Shown: positions 1 through 11,994 of the stretch, one piece after another
How positions within the stretch are numbered: position 1 is the first letter of the stretch
Layout: each line of letters begins with the position of its first letter
Source: Eledone cirrhosa
Lineage: Eukaryota
Assembly: GCA_964016885.1 (NCBI GenBank)
Contig: OZ024742.1
Span: forward strand, 238,514,001-238,578,000
Reading direction: 5' to 3'
DNA length: 64,000 bases
Position numbers and translations under genes: made by a program
Notes under the pieces: model-generated
Databases searched by the model: none
What the model saw: only the letters and a program-made list of their open reading frames with translations
Told to the model about the DNA's origin: nothing

Positions 1-543
1 CATATTTTATTTCAGAAATTTTTGTTAAGTAATGTTTCCAACATCAGTTTAAAATTCAAAAAGTTATTTCACATAGGCAGTATATTTCATTGGAAATATG
101 GTAACAAAAGGTTAAATGATGATGTGTGTGTGAATCAAAAGAAAATTTTAGTTGTGTCAGGAGCACAACAAGCTCTTTTGTGTTGATGCTCTACTCTATA
201 AATGCACCCAATACACTCTGTAAAGTGGTTGGTGTTTCGAAGGGGCATAGAAAACCTGAAAAACAAAAAGTTGGAGGGACATTTCAGCTGTGTCAAGAAC
301 ATGACAACTTCCTTAGTGTTAGTGATCTACACAATAAAATGCGTTCAGTAAAGCATGGGATCATATGTCAAGCCCTAGATCCACCTGGAGATCAGTAGCT
401 TTGCTTCAGTACTAATCAGTGATGACATGTTCAACCTTAATTAGCAGGGAAAATGGACCCTAAATGATGATGATGATATATACATGTGTTTGTGTATATA
501 TAAGTATATATCTTGATTCTAAATGTCATGCTTTCTCTTTCAG

Positions 544-673
544 TTTTTTCCTCATAAATGTAGGCTTTATATACATGTACTACAGCACTTTCCAGCGTGT
601 TGAAGATGAAGAGTATGGTGGTTCTGCAGAGATTTTAAAAGAAGGATTGATGACTTCATTTTCCTCATTTCTA
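544..673 (+). CDS. RAB5IF: RAB5IF/C20orf24-like membrane protein, penultimate coding exon
   Basis: tttcag acceptor and gttagt donor. Encodes FFLINVGFIYMYYSTFQRVEDEEYGGSAEILKEGLMTSFSSFL, matching the family motif DEEEYGG..E..KEG.MTSF..F. Confidence 0.85.
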
Positions 674-1219
674 GTTAGTATACAACCTTTTTTGTGTGTG
701 TTCCATTTATTCTTGCATAATGTAAAAAGTCATTAAAAGGGTTGCCACCAGAAAGGGCAGCTGGTTGTAATACATTGCCTCAAAAAGGACCCTATGGTGT
801 GTATGAAGCCTATTATGGGGTCTGCTAGGCGAACTCTTACTTTAGCAGGGAAAATAGCCTTAAAATGCTTATTTTTGTTGTTGTAGCTGTTGCTTAAATG
901 ATCAATATTATAAAAACTGTGATCTATTTGTTGGCATGTGTGAATGAGTATACTCTCAGCATGTTCCTGTTGGTCAGACAATGACAGTTGGGAGAGGGCA
1001 TTTACCCTTGGTGGTCAAGGGAATTGTGGATCTGTATGTATTCAGTTCTCCTATACCAGGAAGACTTAATTCCTTATTTATTTGAATCCTATGAATATTT
1101 TTTACTGCATCCGTTTGTTTTATGTTTTCCTTGATTTCCATGTAAACCTCCAGTTGTCTTTGTAGTGTCCCCTTTATACATTGCTCTTGTGGCAAATAAA
1201 CAAAATCATCATTATTATT

Positions 1220-2112
1220 AGCGGTAGATTGGCAGTATCAGTAGAGGGTAAGATGTCATGCTTTGCAGCATAGAGTTACGTCCCTTTACGGTTCGAGTTC
1301 AAATCCTGCCAAGATTAACTTTGCCTTTCATCCTTTCGGGGTCGATAAAATAAAGTACCAGTAATCATCATCATCATCATCATTTTACGTCCGCTTTTCC
1401 CTGCTTGCAAGGGTGGGACGGGAACTGATTCTGGCTTGATTTCTACAGCTGGATGCCCTTCCTAACACCAACCTCATTTACAGTGAGTGCTGGGTGCATT
1501 TTTACCGTGGCGCCTACACATCCACTTTACAGTGGAATGATAGGGACCCCAGTCCCTATCATCTCATTTCTACAGCTGAGTAAACTGGAGCAATGTGAAA
1601 TAAAGTGTCTTGCTCACGGAAACAACACATCACCCGGTCTGAGAATTGAACTCACAACCTTTCGATTGCAAGCCCAATGCTCTAACCACTAAGCCATGTG
1701 CCTCCATGCACTGGGTAATTGCTGGCCTTGTGCCAAAAGTAGAAATAATTATTATTATTAGAGTGGTGGCTTAGCAGAATTGTTGGTGCATTGTATAAAA
1801 GGATTTGCATATTTGTTCTGGTTCTTTACTTTCTGAATTAAATCCCACCAAGGTCAACTATGCTTTTCTTCCTTCTAGGGTCAATAAAATCTAGTACTAG
1901 TTAAGTACTAAATTCGATTTAATTGACTTTCCCCTCCCATCAAATTTTCTGGCCTATGTTAGAAATCATTATGGCCCTTGCCATTCTGAGTTCAAATCCC
2001 GCCAAGGTTAACTTTGCCTTTCATCCTTACGGGGTCGATAAAATAAAGTACCAGTAATACACTGGGTAATTATGGCCTTGTGCCAAAAGTAGAAACAATT
2101 ATTATTATTATT
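1220..2112 (+). mobile_element. Cluster of the same tRNA-derived SINE family (1220-1363 plus 1706-1759; ~1762-1970; ~1972-2112)
   Basis: Same A/B boxes and body as the copies at 12828-13400. Confidence 0.8.
1364..1705 (-). mobile_element. tRNA-derived CORE-type SINE with RTE-derived tail, nested in another SINE
   Basis: A box TGGCTTAGTGG, B box GAGTTCAATTC, CORE-like GAGCAAGACACTTTATTTCAC...CTCAGCTGTAGAAATG, tail shared with the RTE 3' UTR, (GAT)n. Confidence 0.85.
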
Positions 2113-2125
2113 ATCATTATTACTA

Positions 2126-2171
2126 CTAGTTGGCCCTGTGCCGTCAAAAATGACGGCTAATTGTAATATCT
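2126..2171 (-). mobile_element. Helitron-like 3' terminus (family A); element probably continues at 4531-4860 and 7079-~7283
   Basis: gccgtca-aaaa-tgacggc hairpin (2140-2157) 10 nt from CTAG|T; ATCTA at 2168-2172 and 4527-4531 brackets the LINE. Confidence 0.6.
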
Positions 2172-4530
2172 ATCATCATCATCAGGTTTAGCGTCCGTGT
2201 TCCACGCTTGCATGGGTTTGGACGGGGGTTTTCCCACTTGAGGCAAGAGTGGTTGTCTTGCTCGCATAGGACTGTCTGGCGGGTTTTCTACAGTTGGATG
2301 CCCTTCCTAACACCAACCACATTTACAGTGTGGGGCTGGGAGGTTTTTACCGTGTTGCCTACACGGCCACATTACAGCGTGGACTGTCTGGCGGGTTTTC
2401 TACAGCTGGATGCCCTTCCTAACACCAACCACATTTACAGTGTGGGGCTGGGAGGTTTTTACCGTGTTGCCTACACGGCCACATTTACAGCGTGGACTGT
2501 GTGTTTTTTTTTGTCGTGACACCTACACGATCTCATTTGTTTCGGCCTGGATGTTGTGGGACCAACATAACTGTACATTGAAAGGGGCGGTGTGGATGGG
2601 GTGGAGGTGGTGGGACGGGGGGGTGTTTTGATAGAGATGCCTACTGACTGTAGTAGGTTTTTACTTTGTATTTAGGTAAGGCGGGTCTTCTCTATTACTG
2701 AGTACCGCCAAAGGTCTCGGTCCAGTGACATTGTCTTGGAGAGGTGTAAGCGTGTGAGGTCGGAATTTATCAGCTCGTCCCAGGTTTTTCTGGGTCTGCC
2801 TACTCCGTGGCTACCGTCTATCTTTATTGCCCTGCACTTTGTTATACAGCTGTCGTCTTTCATGCGCATCACGTGACCGTACCAACGTAGCCTTCTCTCG
2901 AGTAAACAACATCTGATCCCTCTTATTTCTAATTTTTTCCTTAGTTCGTTTATGCTTTGCCGTTCACGTATATTACTATTGCACATCCAGCGGAGTATGC
3001 AAGCTTCGTTCCTCTCTAGTCTGCGTATATCCTCTGCACACAATGCCCAGGTCTCACTGCCATGCAGCATTGCTGTTCGTATGCAGGCATCGTATAACCT
3101 GCCTTTCATTTTTAGGGAGAACCCTCTAGCGGCTAATAGTGGTATAAGCTCTCTGAACTTTTTCCATCCAGTTCTGACTCTAGCTACTGTACTTTCAGAG
3201 CACCCTCCCCCACTGCTGATTTTGTCACCCAGGTAACGGAAGATGTCCACTATTTCTATAGAACCCTCTGCGCAGTTGAAGGAGCTAGTATTTTGTGGGC
3301 ACTTGCTGCTACTTATTGCACCAGAGCACCGGCCACATGTAAAATCTATGTTCTTTGTTAGCTTACCTGTGATCCCACTACATCTTTTATGCACCCATAC
3401 TTTGCATTTGGGACATAAAATGGAGTTTATACCTACGCCTTTCCTACACACTGAGCATGGCCATTTCCCAGATGGGACTGCCGCCATATTTTCTTTCCTA
3501 CAAACTAGAACTTTTGTCTTAGCCAGGTTAATTTTAAGGCCTTTTGATTCTAGGCCGTGCTTCCATGTTTGGAATTTCTTCTCTAGTTCGGTCATTGATT
3601 CAGCTATGAGCGTTAGATCATCTGCGTATAGGAGTTCCCATGGGCAGCCGGTCTTGAACTCCTCTGTTATAGCCTGAAGGGCAATAATAAATAGTAGGGG
3701 GCTAAGAACAGAGCCCTGATGGACACCAACTTTTACGCTAAACTCTTCACTATATTCGTTGTTAATTCTAACCTTACTGACTGTTTCTTTATACATGGCT
3801 TGTATAGCTCTCACAAGCCATTCGTCAACACCTAGTTTTCTAAGAGACCACCAGATAATGGAACGGGGGACTCTGTCGAAGGCTTTCTCCAAGTCGACGA
3901 AAGCTAAGTATAGGGGTTTACTTTTAGCTAGGTACTTCTCCTGTAGTTGTCGTACAATGAAAAGAGCGTCTGTGGTACTTTTGCCTGACACAAATCCGAA
4001 CTGCATTTCATCTAGATCAATTCTCTCTCTGATTAGTTGCGCTATTAGTTTTTCCGTGACCTTCATGACCTGGTCGATTAATTTAATGCCTCTATAGTTA
4101 CTCCTATCTAGGGCATCTCCTTTTCCCTTATAGCAGTTAACGATGATGCTGCTAAACCAGTCCTTCGGAACAACCCCATTCTGTACGACTTGGTTAACTA
4201 TCCAGGTGACCATGGTGTGTCCCACCGAACCAGATGCCTTCAGCATCTCAGCAACTATTTCCGAAGGACCAGCCGCCTTACCCGTCTTCATATCTTTGAT
4301 TGCCTTGCTTATTGTACTATCCTGGACTAACACTGCTGGTCCCTCTATTGGGTCGATGTGGGGGAGACTGTCTTTCTCCCATTTGTTCTCCTCATTTAGA
4401 AGCCTTTCGTAGTGACACTTCCAAGCTACCTTCTTATCAGCGTCGGTGATGGCAAGTATGCCATCATCGTTAAGCACACACTTCTCCCCGACAATATCAC
4501 GGTTTTCCTTGACACATTGCCTGGCAATCT
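2172..4530 (-). mobile_element. 5'-truncated RTE-clade LINE (RT plus PHD finger), open ORF 2672-4477, 3' UTR ending in (GAT)n
   Basis: RT motifs [37 protein letters not shown]; uninterrupted frame; (GAT)n tail; ATCTA at both junctions. Confidence 0.93.
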
Positions 4531-4860
4531 ATACATAATATAAAAAAGAGATGTTTGTTTGTTGGTTCATTCCTTCGCGCTCACCCACATAAGTGATACA
4601 AACACAAACACACAGTCAATGTGTGTAGCCAATTCGCTACACATATACACACACACAGCTGTGATGAATCTTAGAATGCTGGACTTATAGTTTCTCACTC
4701 CCCCCTCCTTCCTCAGTCAAAACATAGATGTGTGTGTGTAATAATTATTTTTTCTAAGTGTGTCTTTTTATATATGTATCTGTAGATATGTGTGTGTTTG
4801 TAGTTTGATTGTCTATGTATCTTTCTAAATAAACATACACACTCACACAAATCTTATATA

Positions 4861-7078
4861 CTAGCAGTGGTACCCGGCGTTGCACGGGATAAGGTACTTT
4901 GGAACGCAGGCCGCCAACAGACCTAATCGTAGAAAAACTGCATGCGTGGACAATATGTAAAAAAAATAAACCGAATACTCTGATGGCTGGATAGTCTTTA
5001 AGAATTTCCTCGATGAAGCAGGAAAAATGCAGGTTTTCACCTAATGCGGGCCCTAGGGGATCAAGAAAATGAATTTTTTTTACGTGCATAATATGCCTTG
5101 AAATTTCGGGAAAATCGGAAAATCGGAAAATTCAGTTTTTCAACTAATGCGGTCCCTAGGGGATCAAAAGGTTGAATTTTATGTGCATAACACTCCCTGA
5201 AACATAAGTAATACACATGTAAAGTTTGAAAAAAGTCGGTTGGGTACTTCTCGAGTTTTAGGGATTCAAACTCACAGACAGACATCCTCAGGGAAGTGAT
5301 GTAATGCAGACAGTCAGACATACAGACAGATATTATAAGAGCACGACGTTATATGTATGTATCTAACAACGAATATAGTGAAGAGTTTAGCGTAAAAGTT
5401 GGCGTCCATCAGGGCTCTGTTCTCAGCCCCCTACTATTTATTATTGCCCTTCAGGCTATAACAGAGGAGTTCAAGACCGGCTGCCCATGGGAACTCCTAT
5501 ACGTAGACGACCTGACACTCATAGCGGAATCAATGGCCGAGCTAGAGAAGAAATTCCAAACATGGAAGCACGGCCTAGAATCAAAAGGACTTAAAATTAA
5601 CCTGGCTAAGACTAAAGTTCTAGTTTGTAGGAAAGAAAATAAGGCGGCGGTCCCTTCTGGGAAATGGTCGTGCTCGGTGTGTAGGAAAGGCGTAGGTAGA
5701 AACTCCATTTTATGTCCTAAATGCAAAGTATGGGTGCATAAAAGATGTAGTGGGATCACAGGTAAGCTAACTAAGAACATAGATTTTACATGTGGCCGGT
5801 GCTCTGGTGCAATAAGTAGCAGCAAGTGCCCACAAAATACTAGCTCTTTCAATTGCGCAGAGGGTTCTATAGAAATAGTGGACAGCTTCCGTTACCTGGG
5901 CGATAAAATCAGCAGTGGGGGAGGGTGCTCTGAAAGTACAGTAGCTAGAGTCAGAACTGGTTGGAAAAAGTTCAGAGAGCTTATACCACTATTAGCTGCT
6001 AAAGGGTTCTCCCTAAAAATGAAAGGCAGGTTGTACGATGCCTGCATACGAACAGCAATGTTGCATGGCAGTGAGACCTGGGCATTGTGTGCAGAGGATA
6101 TACGCAGACTAGAGAGGAACGAAGCTTGCATGCTCCGCTGGATGTGTAACAGTAATATACGTGAACGGCAAAGCATAAACGAACTAAGGAAAAAATTAGA
6201 AATAAGAGGGATCAGATGTTGTTTACTCGAGAGAAGGCTACGTTGGTATGGACACGTGATGCGCATGAAAGTCGATAGCTGTATAACAAAGTGCAGGGCA
6301 ATAAAGATAGACGGTAGCCACGGAATAGGCAGACCTAGAAAAACCTGGGACGAGCTGATAAACTCCGACCTCACACACTTACACCTCTCCAAGACAATGT
6401 CACTGGACCGAGACCTTTGGCGGTACTCAGTAAGAGAGAAGACCCGCCTTACCTAAATACATAGTAAAACCTACTACAGCCAGTAGGCATCTCTAACAAA
6501 ATACACCCCGTCCCACCACCACCACCACCCCCACCCCATCCACACCACCCCGTTCTATGTAAAGTTATGTTGGTGCCGCGCCATCCAGGCCGAAACAAAT
6601 GAGATCGTGTAGGTGTCACGACAAAAAAACACACAGTCCACGCTGTAATGTGGGCGTGTAGGCAACACGGTAAAAACCTCCCAGACCCACACTGTAAATG
6701 TGGTTGGTGTTAGGAAGGGCATCCAACTGTAGAAAACCTGCCAGACAGTCCTCTGCGAGCAAGACAATCACTCTTGCCTCAAGTGGGACTACCCCCGTCC
6801 AAACCCATGCAAGCGTGGAACACGGACGTTAAACGTTGATGATGATGATGATCTATCTAAAAAGAGAAAGACTAAGAATTATAGAGAGAGATCGCTAAAT
6901 CGCCTAATGTGGTCCCTAGGGCATTGAAAATTTGAAATTTATTTTTGCTCAGAACACTCCCTGAAACAAGTATTACATGTGTAAAGTTTGAAAACAATCG
7001 GTTGGGTGGTTCTCGAGGTTTAGGGATTCAAACTCACACACACACACAGACAGACATCCTCAGTTTTATATATATAGA
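4861..7078 (-). mobile_element. Non-autonomous Helitron (family B) interrupted by the RTE LINE at 5364-6851
   Basis: Minus strand A|TC 5' end at 7078; CCCGTGCAACGCCGGG hairpin then CTAG|T 3' end at 4861; colinear with the uninterrupted copy at 16791-17508. Confidence 0.85.
5364..6851 (+). mobile_element. 5'-truncated RTE LINE, same family, inverted relative to 2172-4530
   Basis: ORF 5353-6456 is nearly identical to the C-terminal part of 2672-4477 (YADD changed to YVDD); 3' UTR and (GAT)n tail. Confidence 0.93.
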
Positions 7079-7284
7079 TAATTATAATTTACACAAGCAC
7101 TCATACACACACACACTCACATAATCATAACAGCCAATGTGTGTAGCCAATTTGTTATATATATACACACACTAGTGTAGTGAATGTTAGACAGTGCTTT
7201 CTGTAGTTTGTCATCACCACTTCCTTCCTCAGTTGTCTCTATTGTGAGATGGGTACATGCACATTGGCTATTATAATAGTATAT

Positions 7285-7725
7285 TATTATTTATATTCAT
7301 TTGTACCATATTATTTATATTCATTTGTAATGAACTGGGTAATTGCTGGCCTTGTGCCTAAAGTAGAAACAATTATTTATATTCATTTGTACAGTGATGG
7401 GCTTATTAACACTGGATCTTTAATTGACGCCTTATCAAGTTATGTAACTTAAGATAGACAGTACTTTCCACACCACAGGATATTTGTTATTTTCAAAAGT
7501 GTTGTGTTCTGCAATGTCATAATGCAGGGTCTGCTTCCAATTCTATCAAGTTTTTTCTGGGGGTTTTCTGTCACTGACCCAATTTGTACCATTCTTGCTT
7601 GTATATTCCACATTCTCTCAACATCTGTTCTTAAGTCTGCATACTTTACAATTTTCTCGTGTTCTTTACCATTGATGTAACGGTCTCCTGGGCAAGCTAC
7701 ATCAATCAATAAACACCTCTTTTCA
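7285..7725 (-). mobile_element. R4/Dong-like non-LTR retrotransposon 3' fragment (restriction-like endonuclease end)
   Basis: LIDVACPGD....KEHEKIVKYADL...ERMW motif; short 3' UTR ending in AATAAT; interrupted by a SINE tail at ~7331-7375. Confidence 0.65.
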
Positions 7726-7914
7726 GTACCCTCTTAGCCCATATATAAATCTGGCAACCCTCTTAGCCCATATATAAATGTCCCTGCATGTCGTAAGAGG
7801 CAACTAGACAGGCAGTATCGGGAAGGTCATCCGGTTGTAAAATATTGCATCTAACCCATGCCAGCACAGAAAAGTGGATATAAAAACAACGATGATGATG
7901 ATGATGATATATAT

Positions 7915-9003
7915 CATCATCATCATCGTTTAATGTCTATCTTCCACGCTAGCATGGGTTAGACGGGAGTTGTCCCACTTGAGGCAAGGTAGGTCGGGTG
8001 ACCGTGTCTCTCTCATATAGGACTATCTGGCAGGTTTTCTATGGCTGGATGCCCTTCCTAACACCAACCACATTTACAGTGTGGAACTGGGAACTTTTTA
8101 CTGTGTTACCTACACGGCCACATTACAGCGTGGACTGTGTGTGTGTGTTTTTTTTTTTGTCGTGACACCTACACGATCTCGTAATGTAAATATGAACAAT
8201 TTAATAACAGTTATGTATCATAAAATCAGGGCAATTTCAGGCAGGTTGACATCAAAAGGGTTAACCAATGCTAGCAAGAGTTATCTTTTGTTTGGCAATT
8301 TTTTTTTATGGCTGGATGCCTATCACCAACCACACACACACACACACACACATATACATATCATACATGTTGTGTCTGTCACCCACTACTCCATCCTCCT
8401 CGTCCACTGTAAAGTAGTCATGTAGGTGACATGACAAGAAGCACCCAGTCTACACTGTAAATGTGGTTGGTGTTAGGAAGGGCATCCAGCTGTAGAAAAC
8501 AGGCCAGAAACAGTTCTGTTCGAGCAAGACACGGTTTCCCGACTAATCTCGCCTCAAGTAGGACAAAACCGTCCAACCCATGCTAGCGTGGAAGATGGAT
8601 GTTAAACGATGATGATGATGATATATATATATATATGGATGATATATATATACACACACACATCTATGGCTGGATGCCCTTCCTAACACCAACCACATTT
8701 ACAGTGTGGATTGGGAGCCTTTTTACCATGTCTCCTACACAACTACTTTACAGCGTGGACTGGGTGCATTTTGTCATAACACCTACACGACCACTTTAGT
8801 GTGGGCTGGATGTTCTGTGGTACCAACATAACTTTACAGAGAAAGGGTGGTGTGGGAGAATGGAGTAAGGGTAGTGGGTTGGAGTGTATATTGATTAAGA
8901 GGTACCTACTGACGGTAGGTTTAACTTTGTACGTAAGGGAAGGTGAGTCTTCTGTATTACTGTGTAGTGCCAAAGGTCTCGATCCAGTGACATTGTCTTA
9001 GAG
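7915..9003. mobile_element. Cluster of RTE 3' end fragments in both orientations
   Basis: Repeated ctggatgcccttcctaacaccaaccacatttacagtg core; LSKTMSLDRDLW remnant at about 8950-9003. Confidence 0.75.
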
Positions 9004-9215
9004 AGGTATATATTTATAATAGGACAGGGATACCTACACTGCAGTCCACATAGATGATATGTAAATCTGGTACTGGCTAGTGATATCATCTGTGTAGGAG
9101 TGGGCATTGTTGGAGGTGGCTGCATGTATGTTGTTGATTCAACTTAATATAAAAAATATTTGAAGATTTTTTATTCAACATTTTACAATTTTGATTCTTT
9201 TCTTTTCTATTTCAG

Positions 9216-9260
9216 GTTGTTTGGATCGTTTTGTACTCATCTTTATACTCAGATTTATAG
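9216..9260 (+). CDS. RAB5IF: RAB5IF-like last coding exon
   Basis: Polypyrimidine tract and ttcag acceptor, phase 0. Encodes VVWIVLYSSLYSDL*, matching the family C-terminus (V.WI..Y). Confidence 0.8.
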   Translation, partial: VVWIVLYSSLYSDL

Positions 9261-9265
9261 CAGGC

Positions 9266-9315
<50 letters not shown>

Positions 9316-9531
9316 ACACACACACATATAAAGGTTTGTGTAATAAACACACTAAACATGCACTGCATTAAGGAGTGTTATAGAGTCAATATAATATTTG
9401 TTATCAATTCTGACCACTCACTTTGAAGTTTCACCATGAATGTTGGCTTATCAAAGCAGCCGCAGTAGGTTTGGCAAAACTTTGAAATAAACAGTCACAG
9501 TTAGTAACAAATATTATATATACATATCTAC

Positions 9532-9569
<38 letters not shown>

Positions 9570-11045
9570 GCGTGCGCGTGTGTGTGTGTGTAGATAAACA
9601 CTGAGTTTCTTTCCTTGTTTGAAAAGCTGCCTTCTAACAGAATAAAACTTTTTTGATACAATAGTTGGCACTAGATATTTTGAAAACTGATTCCCATCTT
9701 AACCAACATGGTATTAATTCCTTAATTCCAACAATAATCTCACCGTGATTGAAAACTAACTCATACAAACACCCACACACACGTGTCTATCTCAATCAGT
9801 GTCTTTTTTGTTTTTGTTACCATTTATTCCAACACAACTTTTTCAGTTGTTTCTGAGACCTGTCTTAAAGTTGGGTAACAACTTTAAGATGTTTATTACA
9901 CATCATAAATGTTGGTGCAGACTTCCGAAATGAGAAAAGTATGTCGAGGAAGATGGGGAGAAAAGAATAAACAAAAAATATATCATTGATAAAAATAAAA
10001 ATAAACAAACAAAAAATAATAGTTTGCTACCATAGTAATCAAAAGATGATTCCATCATCCTCAATAAAATATTGTAATGATTTTTGTTGTTGTTCCATTG
10101 TTATTGTTTAGCTGCAAGTCAACCCTAAGTAAAAGCACATAGTCTAGTCATTTTCTTGATCTTGTGTTTGAGAGAGCAATCGTGATATTCAGTCAAGATG
10201 TCTGTTGCCAGCTAGCTCTCCACGTCTGAAGCATGTTGAAATTAATCTAGTGGCTATGATGTTGGGTTCACGATCATCAGGTTCATGATCATCACGATCA
10301 TCTATAATACAAAACTGTTTGAAAGTTTTTATCACCAATATTATCTTTATATAAATTTGATCATATTTTTATAGAGAAACCTTTGATAAGAAAATTAGTG
10401 ATGCTTACTATAAATCCTTCCTGATTCTTGAATATTTTCAAAATTATTTAAAGATCGTAGGCAGTGTATTTTATTAGAATAATTGTAATCAAAGGGTTAC
10501 CTAACTTTTAACATCTCTGAGTAAGCAGAACTATGACAAAGGACAATCAAGCTATCACCCCCATATAATCTATTTAGGGGTGTATTGAACTATATGGGTG
10601 CAGGCATGGTTAAGTGATTAAGAAGTTTGCTTTGAAATCGTGTGATCCCACTGCATGTATTTACTATAGCCTTGAGTTCACCCAAGCCTTGCGAGTGACA
10701 TTGGGTAGATGGAAATTGTATGGAAAACTCCCAGGTGAATTGTACTTGTAATTCAAAAGAACAGCTGAGTCACATTGCATCTCATAAACTGTACCTGTAA
10801 TTCAAAAGAACAGCCTAGTCACATATTGTATCTCAAATAGACTACCTGTAATTTAAAAAACTGGCCTTGTCACATATTTTATCATGCTGATTAAGCTGGT
10901 GAATAGCACTAACATGTTTGATACTGGGTGCTACAAAACATGTTCTCAGTAAAGTAGTTGGTGGTTGGAAGGTCATCTAGCTGAAGAAACCATGCCGAAA
11001 AGGGTTAAAAGGACCCTTCAGTTATGATACAACAATCTCTCTAGT

Positions 11046-11420
11046 CATCATCATCATCATCATCATCAGGTTTAGCGTCCGTGTTCCACGCTTGCATGGG
11101 TTTGGACGGGGGTTTCCCACTTGAGGCAAGAGTGGTTGTCTTGCTCGCATAGGACTGTCTGGCGGGTTTTCTACAGTTGGATGCCCTTCCTAACACCAAC
11201 CACATTTACAGTGTGGGGCTGGGAGGTTTTTACCGTGTTGCCTACACGGCCACATTACAGCGTGGACTGTCTGGCGGGTTTTCTACAGCTGGATGCCCTT
11301 CCTAACACCAACCACATTTACAGTGTGGGGCTGGGAGGTTTTTACCGTGTTGCCTACACGGCCACATTTACAGCGTGGACTGTGTGTTTTTTGTCGTGAC
11401 ACCTACACGATCTCATTTGT
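11046..11420 (-). mobile_element. RTE 3' UTR fragment nearly identical to 2172-2540
   Basis: Same sequence including the same internal 112-nt duplication; (GAT)n tail. Confidence 0.88.
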
Positions 11421-11994
11421 TGGTGACATAGTGTTGGTGACATTCTAAAACACTTTGAAAAGTGGTTGGCTTTAGAAAATTTGGTAAAAAAGGTTAGAGG
11501 AAATTTTAGTTGTGTCAAAGACATGACGACCTCCCTAGTGTTGGGGCCACAATGAAATACACAGTGCACACTGTAGAGTGCAAGATCAGTGGTTCCAAAT
11601 GAGTACTGCCTTGGTAGCATTGAAAGAGATCATTAAATGATGATGTCAGTGGAATCCTCAGCACCTACACTATAATGTAATAAACTGGACATTCAGTTGA
11701 TCAACACATTTAAATGCTTATTAAAATCAATGGAGGATCAGTCATGATTATCTTAGTCTCTTCATTTAATCCTTTTGATATGAAATTGCACCTGTTTGTT
11801 TTATGCAGAGAACCTTTGAGAATGCTCAAAACCCCATCATGGGTACACATCTGTGGAATATTCAACCGCTTATATGTTAATTTAATGCATTGGACATTTA
11901 GGTGATCTGACAACTGAGTGCTCATCATTCAAATCAACAAAGGATCTATCAATCATGTAGAACTATCATTCAATGTGTCTTTCTTTTTTAAGTC

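Noticed and set aside
1640-1705. tRNA gene (also the heads at 12828, 43219 and similar)
   Set aside because: The A/B boxes are joined to SINE bodies and tails and occur in many copies; no complete cloverleaf is evident.
2952-6392. Long ORFs antisense to the LINE ORFs (for example 3243-3677 and 5892-6392)
   Set aside because: Shadow frames of the RT coding sequence with no independent motifs.
2172-6851. One LINE with a twin-priming inversion, or a large TIR transposon
   Set aside because: Each copy has its own 3' tail, its own truncation point and its own flanking duplication, so these are two insertions.
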